Source: Promethearchaeota archaeon (GTDB taxonomy: Archaea > Asgardarchaeota > Lokiarchaeia > Sigyniarchaeales > SOKP01). Taken from it: 64,000 nt of DNA. Under the pieces are notes generated by a model. It was not told the DNA's origin, searched no databases, and saw only the letters and a list, made by a program, of their open reading frames with translations. The position numbers and the translations under genes were made by a program. The stretch spans positions 192,001 through 256,000 of the forward strand of contig JAEOSU010000051.1 of NCBI GenBank assembly GCA_016840165.1. The letters run 5' to 3'. Shown here in pieces: positions 32,304-41,226 of this stretch (its first letter is position 1; every line of letters begins with the position of its first letter).

Positions 32304-32428
32304 CCGCTTTAGGACTTTTTTTTTTGAATAAATTTGTTTTTGAAATAAAGAGGTATTACTGGGAATGAATTAAATATGAGAAGAAGAATATTATTTGGTA
32401 AAAGTAAGAGAAATGATTAATAAAAGTT

Positions 32429-33628
32429 CTATTCTTCTTCTTCTTTAACTTTTTTAATTTCATCAATAAGTACGGGAATTACTTTATGAAGATCGCCAAC
32501 GATACCATAATGAGCAACACTAAAAATCGGAGCATTTGGATCCTTGTTAATCGCTACTATAATTTCTGAATTTTCCATTCCAACTAAATGTTGAATCGCC
32601 CCTGAGATGCCACAAGCAACATATAACTTGGGAGTAACGGTCTTTCCAGTTTGTCCTACTTGTCTATCTTGATCTAACCAATTTAACTCAATAGTAACTC
32701 GCGAACCTCCCATTTCAGCTCCTAAGACTTCTGCCAATTCTTCAATAAGCTTAAAATTTTCTTTTGATCCAACCCCTCTTCCTCCTGCTACTATAATTTC
32801 AGCATCTTCGAGATTAATTTTTTCCTTCTGTTTCTTTACAATCTTTAAGATTTTCGTTACCGAATCTTTCTCTTCGAATTTTTTTATAATTGTTGTAATT
32901 TTAGGCTTCTTCTTTGCTATCTTATTTGCTTTAAATATTCCTGGACGTACGGTAGCCATCTGGGGTCGACTTGTAGGGGTTCTTATTGTCGCCATAATAT
33001 TTCCACCAAACGTAGGACGGGTTTGAAGCAAATTTTTTGTATCTTCTTCAATTTCTAATCCAGTACAATCTGCAGTTAATCCAGCATTCAGTTTTTTTGC
33101 AATTCGGGGTGCAAAATCCCTTCCCGTCGGCGTTGCTCCAATCAGTATAACTTCAGGTTTGCGATCCTCAATTATTTCAGATAGAGCTTTTACATACAAG
33201 TCTGAATAGTAATTCTTTAATAGCTTTGATTTAATATAGATGACTTCATCCACGCCGTAGTCACCAAAAGTCTCTAAAACCTCTTCAAAGTCATCTCCAA
33301 GAATTACTACTGTCAAAGACACATTTAATTCATTAGCAAGCTCTCTACCTTTCGTTAATAACTGATACACCACATTATGGATATTTTCTTGAAAATGTTC
33401 CGCAATAACCCACACTCCTTTGAATAAGGTTTTATCGATCTTGTCAATATACTCTTCCCGTTCTAAAGTGATTGCTTCTACTGGACATGCATCAACACAA
33501 GCTCCACATAATGTACAATCTCCAGTTATAACTGCAACATTTTCTATAAGTTCGATTCCGCCAAAAGGACAACTTGCGACACAACTTCCACAACCTGTGC
33601 ATAACTCATCATCTATGATAATACTCAT
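32429..33628 (-). CDS. etfA: Electron transfer flavoprotein alpha subunit with N-terminal 2[4Fe-4S] ferredoxin
   Basis: CTGCGSCVASCP, CTLCGACVDACP, GLTADCT, RPTFGGN, QVGQTG, GISGAIQH. Confidence 0.95.
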   Translation of the reverse strand: MSIIIDDELCTGCGSCVASCPFGGIELIENVAVITGDCTLCGACVDACPVEAITLEREEYIDKIDKTLFKGVWVIAEHFQENIHNVVYQLLTKGRELANELNVSLTVVILGDDFEEVLETFGDYGVDEVIYIKSKLLKNYYSDLYVKALSEIIEDRKPEVILIGATPTGRDFAPRIAKKLNAGLTADCTGLEIEEDTKNLLQTRPTFGGNIMATIRTPTSRPQMATVRPGIFKANKIAKKKPKITTIIKKFEEKDSVTKILKIVKKQKEKINLEDAEIIVAGGRGVGSKENFKLIEELAEVLGAEMGGSRVTIELNWLDQDRQVGQTGKTVTPKLYVACGISGAIQHLVGMENSEIIVAINKDPNAPIFSVAHYGIVGDLHKVIPVLIDEIKKVKEEEE

Positions 33629-33641
33629 TCTCTTTAACCTC

Positions 33642-34460
33642 TCATATGATCTTATCTTCCTTCAGGTTATCACATAAGCTCTGAGACATCTCTTCTATTG
33701 TTCCTTCAAGCTTGATATGTTCTCCTTTACGTTGAGGAACAAAAATCCGCCATACTTCAGTTTGAGAACCGTTTAACCCTAATTCTTTACTGTCTACTTC
33801 TAAATCTTCTGCAGTTAAGGGAATCACCTTTTTTTTCGAATAAGCATCAACAGTACCTTTCATACTAGGGTTTCTTGGTTTATTTATTTCCTTAAGTACT
33901 GAAATTAAAGCAGGTAATTTCGTTTCGATAATTACAACTTCTTCTGCTCTGAATGCCCGTTCGACTTGGATTTTATCTTTTCCCTTCATTTCGAATTTTA
34001 ATACATAGGTAATTTGGGGAATATTTAATTCTTCTGCAAGTTCTGGTCCCACTTGTGCAGTGTCGCCATCAATGGCTTGAGTACCACAGATAACAAGATA
34101 ATCCTCCTTTTCCTGTGATTCTTCTAACAGTTTTTTTATTCCCAAAGCGAGAGTATGTGAAGTGGCTAAAGTATCAGCTCCCGCAAATGCTCTATCAGTT
34201 AGCAAATATGCGATATCAGCTCCCATTGCTAATGCTTCCCGCAAGGCTTTTTCGGCTTGAGGAGGCCCCATACTCAAAGCAATCACCTCTCCACCATACT
34301 TTTCTCGGAGGGAAACTGCCAATTCAATAGCATGTTTGTCGTGCGGATTTACAATCGAGGGAATTCCTTCTCTCACTAGCGTATTACTTTTTGGATCGAT
34401 TTTAACTTCAGAAACCCCGGGAACTTGCTTGATACACACAAAAATTTTCAAATTTACCAC
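33642..34460 (-). CDS. etfB: Electron transfer flavoprotein beta subunit
   Basis: CIKQVP, NPHD, SMGP, GADTLATS, DGDTAQVGP. Confidence 0.95.
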   Translation of the reverse strand: MVNLKIFVCIKQVPGVSEVKIDPKSNTLVREGIPSIVNPHDKHAIELAVSLREKYGGEVIALSMGPPQAEKALREALAMGADIAYLLTDRAFAGADTLATSHTLALGIKKLLEESQEKEDYLVICGTQAIDGDTAQVGPELAEELNIPQITYVLKFEMKGKDKIQVERAFRAEEVVIIETKLPALISVLKEINKPRNPSMKGTVDAYSKKKVIPLTAEDLEVDSKELGLNGSQTEVWRIFVPQRKGEHIKLEGTIEEMSQSLCDNLKEDKII

Positions 34461-34563
34461 ATAGCAGTAATTTTTTATTTGTATAAAATATTAAAACACT
34501 TTTAAACAATATATTTTTGTCTTTTGAAAGATTTTACAAAAGAATCAAATTTAAGCAATTGTA

Positions 34564-35724
34564 TTATCTTTTCCTTAACATATGACTAGCGATGACTAAT
34601 CGTTGAATCTCGCTTGTACCTTCATAAATCTCTCCTAATTTTGCATCACGAAAATATCTTTCAACAGGATATGCCTTCATCAGCCCGTATCCTCCGTGAA
34701 TCTGTAATGCCTGATGTGCAGCATTCATTGCAGCCTCTGAAGCTACAAGTTTTGCCATTGAACCTGCTAATCCGTATGGCTGTCCTTGATCACATAACCA
34801 TGCTGCTCTATAGGTTAATAATCTTGAAGATTCCACGTCTGTGGCCATATCTGCTATCTTCCATTGAATCCCTTGAAATTTTGCTATCTTCACTCCAAAT
34901 TGTTCGCGTTCATTCGCATATTTGATGGCTTCTTCCAAACATCCTTGGGCTAATCCAAGACATTGTGCAGCGATAACAATACGTCCATAATCTAGAATCT
35001 GAAGTCCTAATTTAAAACCACCACCAATATTTCCTAAAATTTGATCATCGGGTACTCTTACATTATCAAACACTAATTCTGAAGTGTTTGAAGCTCTACA
35101 ACCTAATTTATCTTCTTTAACTCCGACAGAATAACCTGGGGTATCACTATTAACAATAAAAACGGTTAGTTCTTTTCGAGAGCCCTTTTCTCCTGATTTT
35201 GCTACAACAAGCATTGTTTCAGCAATTCCACCATTTGTTGCGAATATTTTACTTCCATTCAAAATCCATTCATCTCCATCCTTTTCAGCTGTCATTTGAA
35301 CACCACCAGCATCAGAACCTGCATTTGCTTCGGTTAATAAAAAGGCTCCAATCTTTTCACCTTTTGCTACTGGGATAAGGAATTTTTGCTTTTGTTCCTC
35401 TGTTCCATACTTATAAATAGGATAAGCACAGACAGAACAATGAACACCAGTTGTAATAGCCCAAGAAGCATCTATCCTTCCAATTTCTTCCGTAATTATT
35501 GCAAAAGCTATAGTATCATCATGTAAGCCCGCTCCACCGTATTCTTCTGGAATACATGTTCCAAAATAGTTTAATTCTTTCATTTTCTTCATGACTGTTG
35601 GATCTAATTCTTGTATACGATCAGATTCTTCCGCTACTGGAGCAATATATTCTTCAGCAAATTCACGAGTAAGCTTTCTTATCATTTTTTGTTTTTCTGT
35701 TAACTCAAAATCCATAATAACCAA
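34564..35724 (-). CDS. Acyl-CoA dehydrogenase (Bcd-like)
   Basis: LTEANAGSD, NGSKIFATN, REQFG, QIHGGYG, EIYEGTSEIQR. Confidence 0.95.
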   Translation of the reverse strand: MVIMDFELTEKQKMIRKLTREFAEEYIAPVAEESDRIQELDPTVMKKMKELNYFGTCIPEEYGGAGLHDDTIAFAIITEEIGRIDASWAITTGVHCSVCAYPIYKYGTEEQKQKFLIPVAKGEKIGAFLLTEANAGSDAGGVQMTAEKDGDEWILNGSKIFATNGGIAETMLVVAKSGEKGSRKELTVFIVNSDTPGYSVGVKEDKLGCRASNTSELVFDNVRVPDDQILGNIGGGFKLGLQILDYGRIVIAAQCLGLAQGCLEEAIKYANEREQFGVKIAKFQGIQWKIADMATDVESSRLLTYRAAWLCDQGQPYGLAGSMAKLVASEAAMNAAHQALQIHGGYGLMKAYPVERYFRDAKLGEIYEGTSEIQRLVIASHMLRKR

Positions 35725-35861
35725 TTATAGTATATATTAGTTGTTTAGATACAAAATATAATTAAAACTACTTTAAAAGAATAAATGTTTTCATTTTATT
35801 GAATTAAAAATCCTTAAAAATAACTTCTTATATCCGATTCGACAAGAGGAAAAAAAAATAT

Positions 35862-36671
35862 TTAATTAGTTATAACAAAAGGCATTTCAGAATCCGGTTT
35901 GCGAGAGAGTTTATTAGGACCGAAATATATAAGAACAAGAATAAGATAAACACCAATCATTATGCCTCCCCCAATATAGAATATCATCTGAGGTAATAAT
36001 CCTAAATATCCAGTAATAAAAGCTCCATTAAAGTTAAAGCAGAAATGGAATAATACGGCGATTATCAGACTTCCTTTAGTGTTATTATACCCCCATGTTA
36101 TTAAAATTGAAATTACAAGATTTAGGAAAATAAATATATAAAAAGGTATGCGGGTTTCAACAAAATATAACGGGATATGCCAACAACCCCATATCAACCC
36201 TAAAACCAAGCTTGAAGCTAAGGCACTAAATTTTGATTCAAGTCTTGGTAAAGCAAATCCTCTCCATCCTGCTTCCTCGCTTAAAGGACCGGATAATAGA
36301 GTAGTTAACAAGTAAAATAGAAACAAAGGAAAAGTTAATCCAGTTACTGGTCCTGGTGCGCTCCCTCCAAGCAAAAGATAAATCCCTGAAAAAATAAGTG
36401 GAGCAATCATTAAAAGAAATGCGGCTAAATACCATTTATAACCTACTTTCCATTTTAGAAATCCCTTTAAGAGGATTTTTACTTCTGTCCAACCTCCAAT
36501 TAACCAAGAAGTAATCAAAGCTGCTATTGTTGGATTCCAAACTGAAAAAAACCAATAAATTATGAAATCTAAACCCCAAAATAATCTAAGAATAACAGTT
36601 ACAATCATTATCAGATAAGTTAATACAAAATAGAAAGTAAGCGAATACTTTTTAATAAATTCTGAAGACAT
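35862..36671 (-). CDS. CPBP family intramembrane glutamic endopeptidase
   Basis: EEAGWRG, WHIP, HFCFN, multi-TM. Confidence 0.9.
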   Translation of the reverse strand: MSSEFIKKYSLTFYFVLTYLIMIVTVILRLFWGLDFIIYWFFSVWNPTIAALITSWLIGGWTEVKILLKGFLKWKVGYKWYLAAFLLMIAPLIFSGIYLLLGGSAPGPVTGLTFPLFLFYLLTTLLSGPLSEEAGWRGFALPRLESKFSALASSLVLGLIWGCWHIPLYFVETRIPFYIFIFLNLVISILITWGYNNTKGSLIIAVLFHFCFNFNGAFITGYLGLLPQMIFYIGGGIMIGVYLILVLIYFGPNKLSRKPDSEMPFVITN

Positions 36672-36760
36672 AATATATGAAATTTGACTTTTTTATATAA
36701 AAAGATTTCATAGCTCAATATTTAATTAGTATTATATTTTATTATTGCATACTTAAATTT

Positions 36761-37579
36761 ATGGCGAATAGCACTCAACACTTCGAAATTTCAAAACTTA
36801 AAGAATACCTATACGTGATTAAAGAAAATATCTCTCTTGTTCATCCTATTTATACAAATGATCCCCTAAATATGTATCTGCTTTTAGGAGAGCATTCGGC
36901 TCTACTACTTGATACTGGTTGTGGTCTCTCTCCTATCAAACCAGTTGTTGAAGATTTAATTGCAGATCGTGAGTTAATCGTTTTAAACAGCCATACTCAC
37001 TGGGATCATATCTTAGGAAATAATGAATTCGGAGAGGTGTTTGTACACGAAGAAGAAGCCCATATCGTTTCACAATCCTATGATGTTTCGTATTTTCAAG
37101 ACTCTCCTAACAAGAAAGTTATTCAAATATATGCAAATCAGAATTTTCTAATTACTCCAGCTCCAGTTATAAAAACATTCAAAGATCAAGATGAATTTGA
37201 CTTGGGTGGATTAAAAGTGAAAATTATACATTGCCCAGGACATTCTCCTGGCTCTGTTTGTTTACTTACGAGTAAAAACGAACTTTTCACTTCTGATGTG
37301 GCTTATTACGGAGATCTTTTTTTACCAAATAGGGTAGAAATTCCCCAGGTCCTTAATTCTCTAAATAAATTGATAAATATATGTAAAAAAGAAAATATTA
37401 AAAAATTATACCCCTCTCACAGAAAAACACCTTGCGAGATAGGTCTGTTGATAGACCTCCGTAATGCGATTAATAATATTGAAAATAGATGGGATACTAA
37501 AAAGTCGTTTGATTTCTTTCAATCATGGCAAATTGGTGAGATAACAGAGAAATTCAGATTTTTTGTGGCTAAGTACTAA
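36761..37579 (+). CDS. Metallo-beta-lactamase fold hydrolase
   Basis: DTG, HTHWDH, PGHSPG, SD, PSH. Confidence 0.9.
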   Translation: MANSTQHFEISKLKEYLYVIKENISLVHPIYTNDPLNMYLLLGEHSALLLDTGCGLSPIKPVVEDLIADRELIVLNSHTHWDHILGNNEFGEVFVHEEEAHIVSQSYDVSYFQDSPNKKVIQIYANQNFLITPAPVIKTFKDQDEFDLGGLKVKIIHCPGHSPGSVCLLTSKNELFTSDVAYYGDLFLPNRVEIPQVLNSLNKLINICKKENIKKLYPSHRKTPCEIGLLIDLRNAINNIENRWDTKKSFDFFQSWQIGEITEKFRFFVAKY

Positions 37580-37656
37580 ATTTCTCTTAATTGATAATTT
37601 ATAATCCAAACTAAAAAATAATCAAGCTGTTTGTTTAAATATGAGGTGATAATTGA

Positions 37657-38166
37657 ATGGCGAAAATTGCTATTTTAGCAACTGATGGATTTGAAGAAGC
37701 AGAATTAATTTACCCCTTTTATCGATTAAAGGAAGCCGGTCATGAAAGTGTGTTGATTAGTCTTGGAAAACGACCAATAGAGGGAAAATTTGGTTATCTT
37801 ATGAAACCAAGTTTTAAAATTGTAGATGTAAATGCCGATGATTATGATGGAGTAATTATTCCCGGTGGAACTAAAAACCCCGATTATTTAAGAAGAAATC
37901 AAGTGATACTCGAGTTTGTGCATAAAATCAACGAGCAAAAAAAATTGGTAGGGGCTATATGTCATGCTGGATGGGTTTTGATATCAGCAAAAGTCATAAA
38001 AGGGCGAAAGGCTACAAGTTATTATGCGATAAAAGATGATATGATTAATGCTGGAGCAGATTTTCATGATAAATCAGTGATAGTGGATGAAAATTTAATC
38101 ACTTCCCGAATGCCGGATGATTTACCTGATTTTATGAGAGCTGTCTTAAGATTCTTACAAGAGTAA
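37657..38166 (+). CDS. PfpI/DJ-1 family protein
   Basis: GFEEAE, IPGG, AICHAG, TSRMPDDL. Confidence 0.9.
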   Translation: MAKIAILATDGFEEAELIYPFYRLKEAGHESVLISLGKRPIEGKFGYLMKPSFKIVDVNADDYDGVIIPGGTKNPDYLRRNQVILEFVHKINEQKKLVGAICHAGWVLISAKVIKGRKATSYYAIKDDMINAGADFHDKSVIVDENLITSRMPDDLPDFMRAVLRFLQE

Positions 38167-38285
38167 CTTATTAATTAATTCTAACTTTTTTTATCCATTA
38201 ATATTTTTAATAGAAATTAATACATATTTTTAACATATTAAACCAGATTTTATTTAAGAAATATACTTTGAAAGAGATTATTAGC

Positions 38286-38780
38286 ATGAAAATTTTGATA
38301 ATATATTATACAATGGGAGGAAGAACTAAAAAGACCGCTGAAGCGATTGGTAGCACGTTAATCGATCACGAGGTTAATTATTTTGCAATAGAACTACGTG
38401 GAAAAAGAATTGAAAAAATAAAACAGTTTGACAGGTTTCAAAATGGAGATTACTCTGAGATTGAAAAAAATCTTAATTCCTTGGATATCAAACCTTTTGA
38501 ATTAATAATAATTGGAATGCCCACTTATGGAAAGTTCCCCCCCAAAACGTTTGATGAAATCATTAGAAGGATGGGAAATTTAAACAATAAAAAGGTAATC
38601 GTATTCACGACCGCTAGATTCTCGGGAGGAAAAGCCCGTGATTACATGGAATCGAAAGTAGAAAATTCTGGTGGAAGGGTGATAAAAAAAATGAAATTTA
38701 AAAGACTTTTTTGGATTGGAACTAAAAGAGCACTAAAATACGGGAAAGTTCTCAATAAGGCTTTTGACCAAAGACCTTAA
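38286..38780 (+). CDS. Flavodoxin family protein
   Basis: YYTMGGRTKK phosphate loop, GMPTY; ATG 38286 (TTG at 38268 is an alternative start). Confidence 0.8.
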   Translation: MKILIIYYTMGGRTKKTAEAIGSTLIDHEVNYFAIELRGKRIEKIKQFDRFQNGDYSEIEKNLNSLDIKPFELIIIGMPTYGKFPPKTFDEIIRRMGNLNNKKVIVFTTARFSGGKARDYMESKVENSGGRVIKKMKFKRLFWIGTKRALKYGKVLNKAFDQRP

Positions 38781-38827
38781 AAGTTTACATCTATTTTTTA
38801 ATTCTAAATTTAATTTTTTTAACAAAG

Positions 38828-39817
38828 ATGAGATTTCATTATATTATCTTAGTATTAATTCTAAATCCTATATTGTTATGTATCACATCACAATTTAATG
38901 GGATTTCTGATTATAATGCTAATAACAAATTAAATGAAGACTGGCCTACAACCTCCCAATCATATATCGATCATCCTCCTATTCTGATAACAAGTGACGG
39001 CGTTTTTTCAGGATATTCTTTTACGGGAAATGGAACTTCTGATAAACCCTATATTATTGAAGGATACAATATTACGGCTGTTGGTTCTCTCACATTTGGA
39101 ATTGAAATAAGGAACACATATTCTCATTTCATTATAAGAGATTGTATTATTTATACCGAGTTTATGGGAATAGGGTTATCTTATATTCAAGCAGGAACTT
39201 CAAAAATTTCTCATAATATATTGATTTCAACTACTAATGACGGCAGTGGAATTGCATTAAGACATATGAATAACAGTACTGTTGAACGGAATACATGTAA
39301 TGGTTTCATTCAAGGAATTCATATTGATGATGTTTATGGATGTAGGATCCATAGTAATATAATAATCAATTCTGAATATCAAGGGATTAATATTCGCTAT
39401 TCTGATTCAAACATTATCACAAATAATATTATTACTAACACAAATCAACATGGAATAGCTATTGTAGGAACCTCAATAAATAATACAATTCACCATAATA
39501 GATTAGAAAACAATGCATGGGCAGACTCCTATGATATTGATGGAGGTCCATCCCAAGGCCCCCCAAATAGTCAAGCTTATGATGAGGGTTCTAATAATAT
39601 TTGGTATGATGAAGAGTCTCAAGAAGGTAACTTTTGGTCAGATTACTTTGGAATCGGACCTTACTCTATAGATGGACCTACTGGTGCCGTAGATCTTTAT
39701 CCTTTTCACACGACAGGATTAACTCCCTTTATTATAATAATCACAATAATCCCATCTATTGTAGCGATTTCAGTGCTTCTTATACTTGTTTTAAGGAAGA
39801 GACGAAAAAATAACTAA
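38828..39817 (+). CDS. Surface protein with NosD/right-handed beta-helix repeats and C-terminal membrane anchor
   Basis: Signal-like N-terminus, GNGTSDKPYIIEG, GI..N repeats, GNFWSDY, C-terminal TM plus RKRRK. Confidence 0.8.
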   Translation: MRFHYIILVLILNPILLCITSQFNGISDYNANNKLNEDWPTTSQSYIDHPPILITSDGVFSGYSFTGNGTSDKPYIIEGYNITAVGSLTFGIEIRNTYSHFIIRDCIIYTEFMGIGLSYIQAGTSKISHNILISTTNDGSGIALRHMNNSTVERNTCNGFIQGIHIDDVYGCRIHSNIIINSEYQGINIRYSDSNIITNNIITNTNQHGIAIVGTSINNTIHHNRLENNAWADSYDIDGGPSQGPPNSQAYDEGSNNIWYDEESQEGNFWSDYFGIGPYSIDGPTGAVDLYPFHTTGLTPFIIIITIIPSIVAISVLLILVLRKRRKNN

Positions 39818-39877
39818 ATTTTATTTACTTCATTTATTTTTGAATTAATCTAACCCAATCTAAGGTCATTTTTAGTA

Positions 39878-40207
39878 CTAATTTTTCTCCTTCACCAACG
39901 TTAAAAGCTTTTTAATTTTTTCCTCGTCAATGTCATAAGTACTTTTAATTTTAATATGACGCATTGTTTTCCCAGTTCCTTCAAGGAGTTTAATCTCATC
40001 TTTACTTAAATTTTTCATCGAAAACCCTAAATTTACATGGGTTTTTAGAGCAACGAAATAATATAAATTTCCATAGTTGGGTACTCCCCATTTCATTTCT
40101 TCTTTTATAGAAGGAAAAGTCTTCAATATTATCTCTCTGAGCCTTCGACAGATCTCTTTTTGGGGTGAGTTTTGCTCCTCTATATATTGGCTTACTTTCT
40201 CATCCAT
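39878..40207 (-). CDS. DUF1801 (YdhG-like) protein
   Basis: EEMKWGVPNY, HVNLGF, LEGTGKTMRHIK. Confidence 0.85.
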   Translation of the reverse strand: MDEKVSQYIEEQNSPQKEICRRLREIILKTFPSIKEEMKWGVPNYGNLYYFVALKTHVNLGFSMKNLSKDEIKLLEGTGKTMRHIKIKSTYDIDEEKIKKLLTLVKEKN

Positions 40208-40329
40208 GATTTTATTCTTCTTATAATTTGAATCAAAAATGTTTATAAATTAGATTAGTGTTTCACAGTATTATATGTTCACTATTTAATTAAACTCACA
40301 ATTTTAAATTATTTGAAAATGCGATTAAT

Positions 40330-41022
40330 ATGACTGAAGAATCTAATCTAACAACAGAAGAGCAGATTAAAAAAGATATTGCTAAAGAGGAAAAAATATA
40401 TTTGAGGAATTTTTCTAAAATCATCTTTTTCTATCCACTCTTCCTTACATCTTTTATTTTGTTTCTGATTCAATTTTTTACAGGAATAGATGAACCAGGA
40501 CTTGGAGCAATTTGGGTCACTGTTTTTTTCGCTAATTTATTTGTAATTGCTTTTGATACCTCATCAATTAAATTTTTAATCCTACTCTTAATTGCTATCA
40601 TTTTAATCATCATATTTGCTTTTCTATTTCATCCAAGTACAATAATTTCACAAATTTTGTCATTTGAGATTACAATTACAATGAGTTATCAATTCTATCT
40701 TGTCTCAACAATTATTCTTGGACTGATCTTTTTAATAGCCTGGATTTCAACAAGGTTTGATTACTGGAAAATAGAACGTAACGAAATAATCCATAAAAAA
40801 GGAATATTTATATCAATTGATAGGTATCCAACAAAAAATCTTAGAATAAAAAAAGAAATTCCTGATATTTTCGAATTTGCATTATTAAGAGTTGGTAGAA
40901 TTCAATTTTTTTTCGGAGGACAAGATTTGATTGACCTTAATACTATTATAAATATCAATAAAAAAGCGAAGCAATTAGATTACCTACTCAGTGATATCGA
41001 AGTTGAGGTGGAAAAGCCCTAA
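40330..41022 (+). CDS. Hypothetical membrane protein (about 4 TM plus a soluble, possibly PH-like, C-terminal domain)
   Basis: Hydrophobic helices followed by IIHKKGIF...IPDIFEF..L..G. Confidence 0.55.
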   Translation: MTEESNLTTEEQIKKDIAKEEKIYLRNFSKIIFFYPLFLTSFILFLIQFFTGIDEPGLGAIWVTVFFANLFVIAFDTSSIKFLILLLIAIILIIIFAFLFHPSTIISQILSFEITITMSYQFYLVSTIILGLIFLIAWISTRFDYWKIERNEIIHKKGIFISIDRYPTKNLRIKKEIPDIFEFALLRVGRIQFFFGGQDLIDLNTIININKKAKQLDYLLSDIEVEVEKP

Positions 41023-41226
41023 TCTTATCTTCTAACTATAGTAAAAATCGTTTTAATTTAATAAATACAATACCCAAATTGGTCTTTTAAAAATTCCAAT
41101 TAAGGCATGATCCTTTCCTTATTATGTATAATAAAATTTAACCTAGTTTGAGCGATAAAATAATTTAATAAATTATTATACTTTAAACCAAATTAGTAAT
41201 AATAAAATCAACTACGTGATTTTCGA

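Noticed and set aside
31701-32428. Replication origin in the long AT-rich gap
   Set aside because: No cdc6/orc1 gene nearby and no recognisable ORB repeats with G-strings
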